In this document: positions 61,292 through 64,000 of the stretch, in pieces
Numbering within the stretch: position 1 is the first letter of the stretch
How the letters are laid out: every line of letters begins with the position of its first letter
Assembly (NCBI GenBank): GCA_043228905.1
Contig: JBHGNT010000010.1
Span: forward strand, 14,012,001-14,076,000
Length of the DNA: 64,000 bases
Direction: 5' to 3'
From: Azolla caroliniana
Taxonomy: Eukaryota; Plantae; Polypodiophyta
Made by a program: the position numbers and the translations under genes
Notes under the pieces: model-generated
Seen by the model: only the letters and a program-made list of their open reading frames with translations
Told to the model about the DNA's origin: nothing
The model's database searches: none

Positions 61292-64000
61292 TGTTGGGAT
61301 TACGGTCCCTCCGGATGGGATGGTCGGATGTCCGGGAATCGGATGATGAAGACCCCGACTACGGAGCCGGATGATGAAGACCCCGGCTACGGAGCCGGAT
61401 GATGAAGACCCCGGCTACGGAGCCGGATGATGAAGACCCCGGTTACGGAGCCGGATGATGAAGACCCCGGAGAGAGATCCGGATGTGGGGACATATTTGT
61501 GAATATGTTTGCCAAGGGCCCTTGAGGCTATATTTATAAATAGCCCGAAAGTCATATGTGTATAAATATGACTTAGGGCAAACAGTTTTAAGTTGTTGCT
61601 AAGTTTTCTTGTTTTCACTTAGGGGGAGTGAAGAGAGCAGCCGAGAGAGAGAGAGACGAAGAGGTCGTTGCCTCTGTGTATTACCGCCGCCTGTGGCGAA
61701 GACAGTGAGCTCAAGGTTGTTGCCTTGTAGCCTCACCATTGTACATCTCTGATTGTAGTGATAGTTGGAGTTTGAGGACTCCCGTGGTTTTTCCCATTTA
61801 GGGCTTTCCACATAAAATATCCAGTGTACTCTTCTCTCTATTGTCTACGTGCATCTTGTATTTCCTGTTTTCTGTGAGTTAATCCTATTCCTCAGTTGTG
61901 GCCGAGCACTGTTTTGCATCAAGTGGTATCAGAGCGACGGCAGTGCAGAAAATGGAAGGCGGCAGCAGCGGGCAGCCGGGGATGATGGTGCTGAATGCGT
62001 AGAACTACGCCGACTGGAAGATAAAGATGGAGGATCTGCTCATTGTTCGGGACCTGTATGAACCGATCGACAGGTCGGAAATACCCAAGGGGGTACTTGA
62101 GACGGAATGGAGGCTTCTGAACCGGAAAGCCGTTGCAACCATTCGACAATACGTCGACGTGAGCGTTCTACAACATGTGGTGAACGACACCAACGCATAT
62201 GAGATGTGGCGGAAGCTGTCGGGCCTCTACGAGAGGAAGAATGCGTTGAACCGGACCTCCCTGATGAGGAAGATAGTGAACCTCAAGTACCGGGACGGCG
62301 AGAGTATGGTGGAACACGTAAGCACGTTCATGGGATTCGTGAACCAGCTTGCGGCGATCAAGTTCCCGTTGGAGGATGCAATGCAAGCCATCATCCTGAT
62401 GTGTACATTGCCGGAAAGCTGGGAGAACTTGGTGGTGACTCTCAGCACCTCCTGCACCGAAGATAACTTGTCTCTACAAACGGTAAAGACAAGCATTTTG
62501 AACGAAGAAGCGCGTCGGAGAGATAAAGAACCGGTTTCCAATCCGAAGATGCTGCTTACCGAATCGGATCGGGGAAGACAATGGAACCGGAGTCCGCAAA
62601 GACGGGAGAAGTCGGGGACCCGGTCGCAGTCAAGAGGAAGGCCCACATGCTTCCACTGTGGGAAGTCGGGGCACTTCCGGAAGAATTGTCGGCATTACCG
62701 AAAGGACAACGGAGCCGACGACACCGATTCGAAGAAGTCACCGGAGAGAAACGGTGCATACCGGGGAGCCACGGACCGGAGAGGTCCGGATCGACGAGGG
62801 CAGGACCGGAAAGGAACGACGGCACTCGCGGCAAGTGAAGAAGAGATAATGCTCATTACCGAAGAGAGGGAGCTGAACCTTGCCGGTGTAGAGATGACCT
62901 GGGTGGTCGATTCCGGAGCATCGTTCCACCTGACCCCGGAGAAGAAATACTTCTCATCCTACACAGCCGGTGAGCACGGCTGTGTCCGGATGGGAAATGA
63001 AGGCACATGCCGGATTGCCGGCATAGGAGACGTGTGGCTGATGACATCAACCGGATGCAAGATGCTGCTGAAGGATGTTCGACACGTTCCGGAGGTTCGA
63101 TTGAACCTGATTTCGGCCGGGAGGCTAGACGATGAAGGCTACACGGGTAGCATCCGGAACGGTGTCATGAAGTTCAGCAAAGGGAGCCTGATAGTGGCTC
63201 GGGCCCGGAAGATCAACACACTGTACCTGATGAATTCCCGGCTATGTCCGGAGGAGCTGAACGTGGCAGATGACACTGCCGGTGAGCTATGGCACAAGAG
63301 ACTGTGCCACATGAGCGAGAAGGGGATGAAGAGGCTTGCCGAAGACAACCTGATACCGGTAAAGCATGTACACTTGGGGAAGTGTACCGACTGTCTGGCC
63401 GATAAGCAAAACCGGACCTCCTTCCACACAAGGCCACCGACGAGACGTAGCGCACCATTGGAGTTGGTGCACACTGACGTGTGTCAAGTAGAAACGAAGT
63501 CACATGGCGGAGCCCAGTACTTCGTGACATTCATTGATGACCACAGCCGGAAGCTGTGGACGGCACCGTTGAAGACAAAGGACCAAGTATTGTCCGTCTT
63601 CAAAGAACTCCACGTGAGAGTGGAAAGGGAATCCGGCAAGAAGCTGAAAGCGATACGAGCGGATAACGGAGGGGAATACCGGGGGCAGTTCCAGGAGTAC
63701 TGTCGCTCGAAGGGAATCCGGCTCGAGTTTACTGTGCCGAAGACGCCGGAACTGAACGGGCTGGCCGAGAGGATGAACCGGACCATAATGGAGAGGGTCC
63801 GGAGTATGCTAGCACATGCGAAATTACCCAAGGGATTTTGGGCTGAGGCAATGTCGACGGCGACGTATGTGATAAATAGATCACCCTCAGTACCTTTGGA
63901 CGGAGACACGCCGCAGAAAGTGTGGACCGGTAAGGAAGTGTCCTACCGGCATCTGAAGGTGTTCGGGTGTCTCGCATACGTGCATGTGGCAAAGGACCGG
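61292..64000 (+). mobile_element. Ty1/copia element, 5' part (runs off the window end)
   Basis: 5' LTR 61292-61921 (TGTTGG...CATCA) with about five 27-bp GGATGATGAAGACCCCGGCTACGGAGCC units at 61341-61470; PBS TGGTATCAGAGC 61924-61935; left target site CAAAA. Confidence 0.93.
61952..64000 (+). CDS. Copia gag-PR-IN polyprotein (partial); one TAG at 62000, otherwise apparently open to the window end
   Basis: NYADWKIKMEDLL, CFHCGKSGHFRKNC, WVVDSGASFH, LWHKRLCH, IRADNGGEY, PELNGLAER; paralogous to 56002-60028. Confidence 0.85.

Overview
Eukaryotic, almost entirely transposon-derived DNA. It most likely comes from a non-seed land plant such as a fern or lycophyte; this is inferred from the mix of Tcn1/sushi-like chromoviruses, fungal-like non-chromovirus Ty3/gypsy elements and tRNA-iMet-primed Ty1/copia elements. 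The window is a deep nest of more than 15 LTR retrotransposons, solo LTRs and fragments. Most boundaries could be resolved from LTR termini, PBS/PPT and target-site duplications (TSDs). The only host-like sequences are an intronless, decayed glycine-rich RNA-binding protein retrocopy (4527-5008) and possible exon relics near 2.8-3.7 kb. There is also the 3' end of a hAT DNA transposon. One Ty3/gypsy element (27373-34687) is fully intact. Most notable observations: (1) tRNA-shaped A-box/B-box cassettes sit antisense near the 5' edge of LTRs from four different element families; (2) a 3-kb LTR element carries only one coiled-coil ORF and no gag/pol; (3) a gypsy family has 4-bp CpG-centred target sites, a tRNA-Trp PBS, a DHG protease motif and a -1 frameshift pseudoknot conserved in two divergent copies; (4) a chromovirus appears to be self-primed in the Tf1 manner. 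All calls were made by eye from motifs; no database searches were run.
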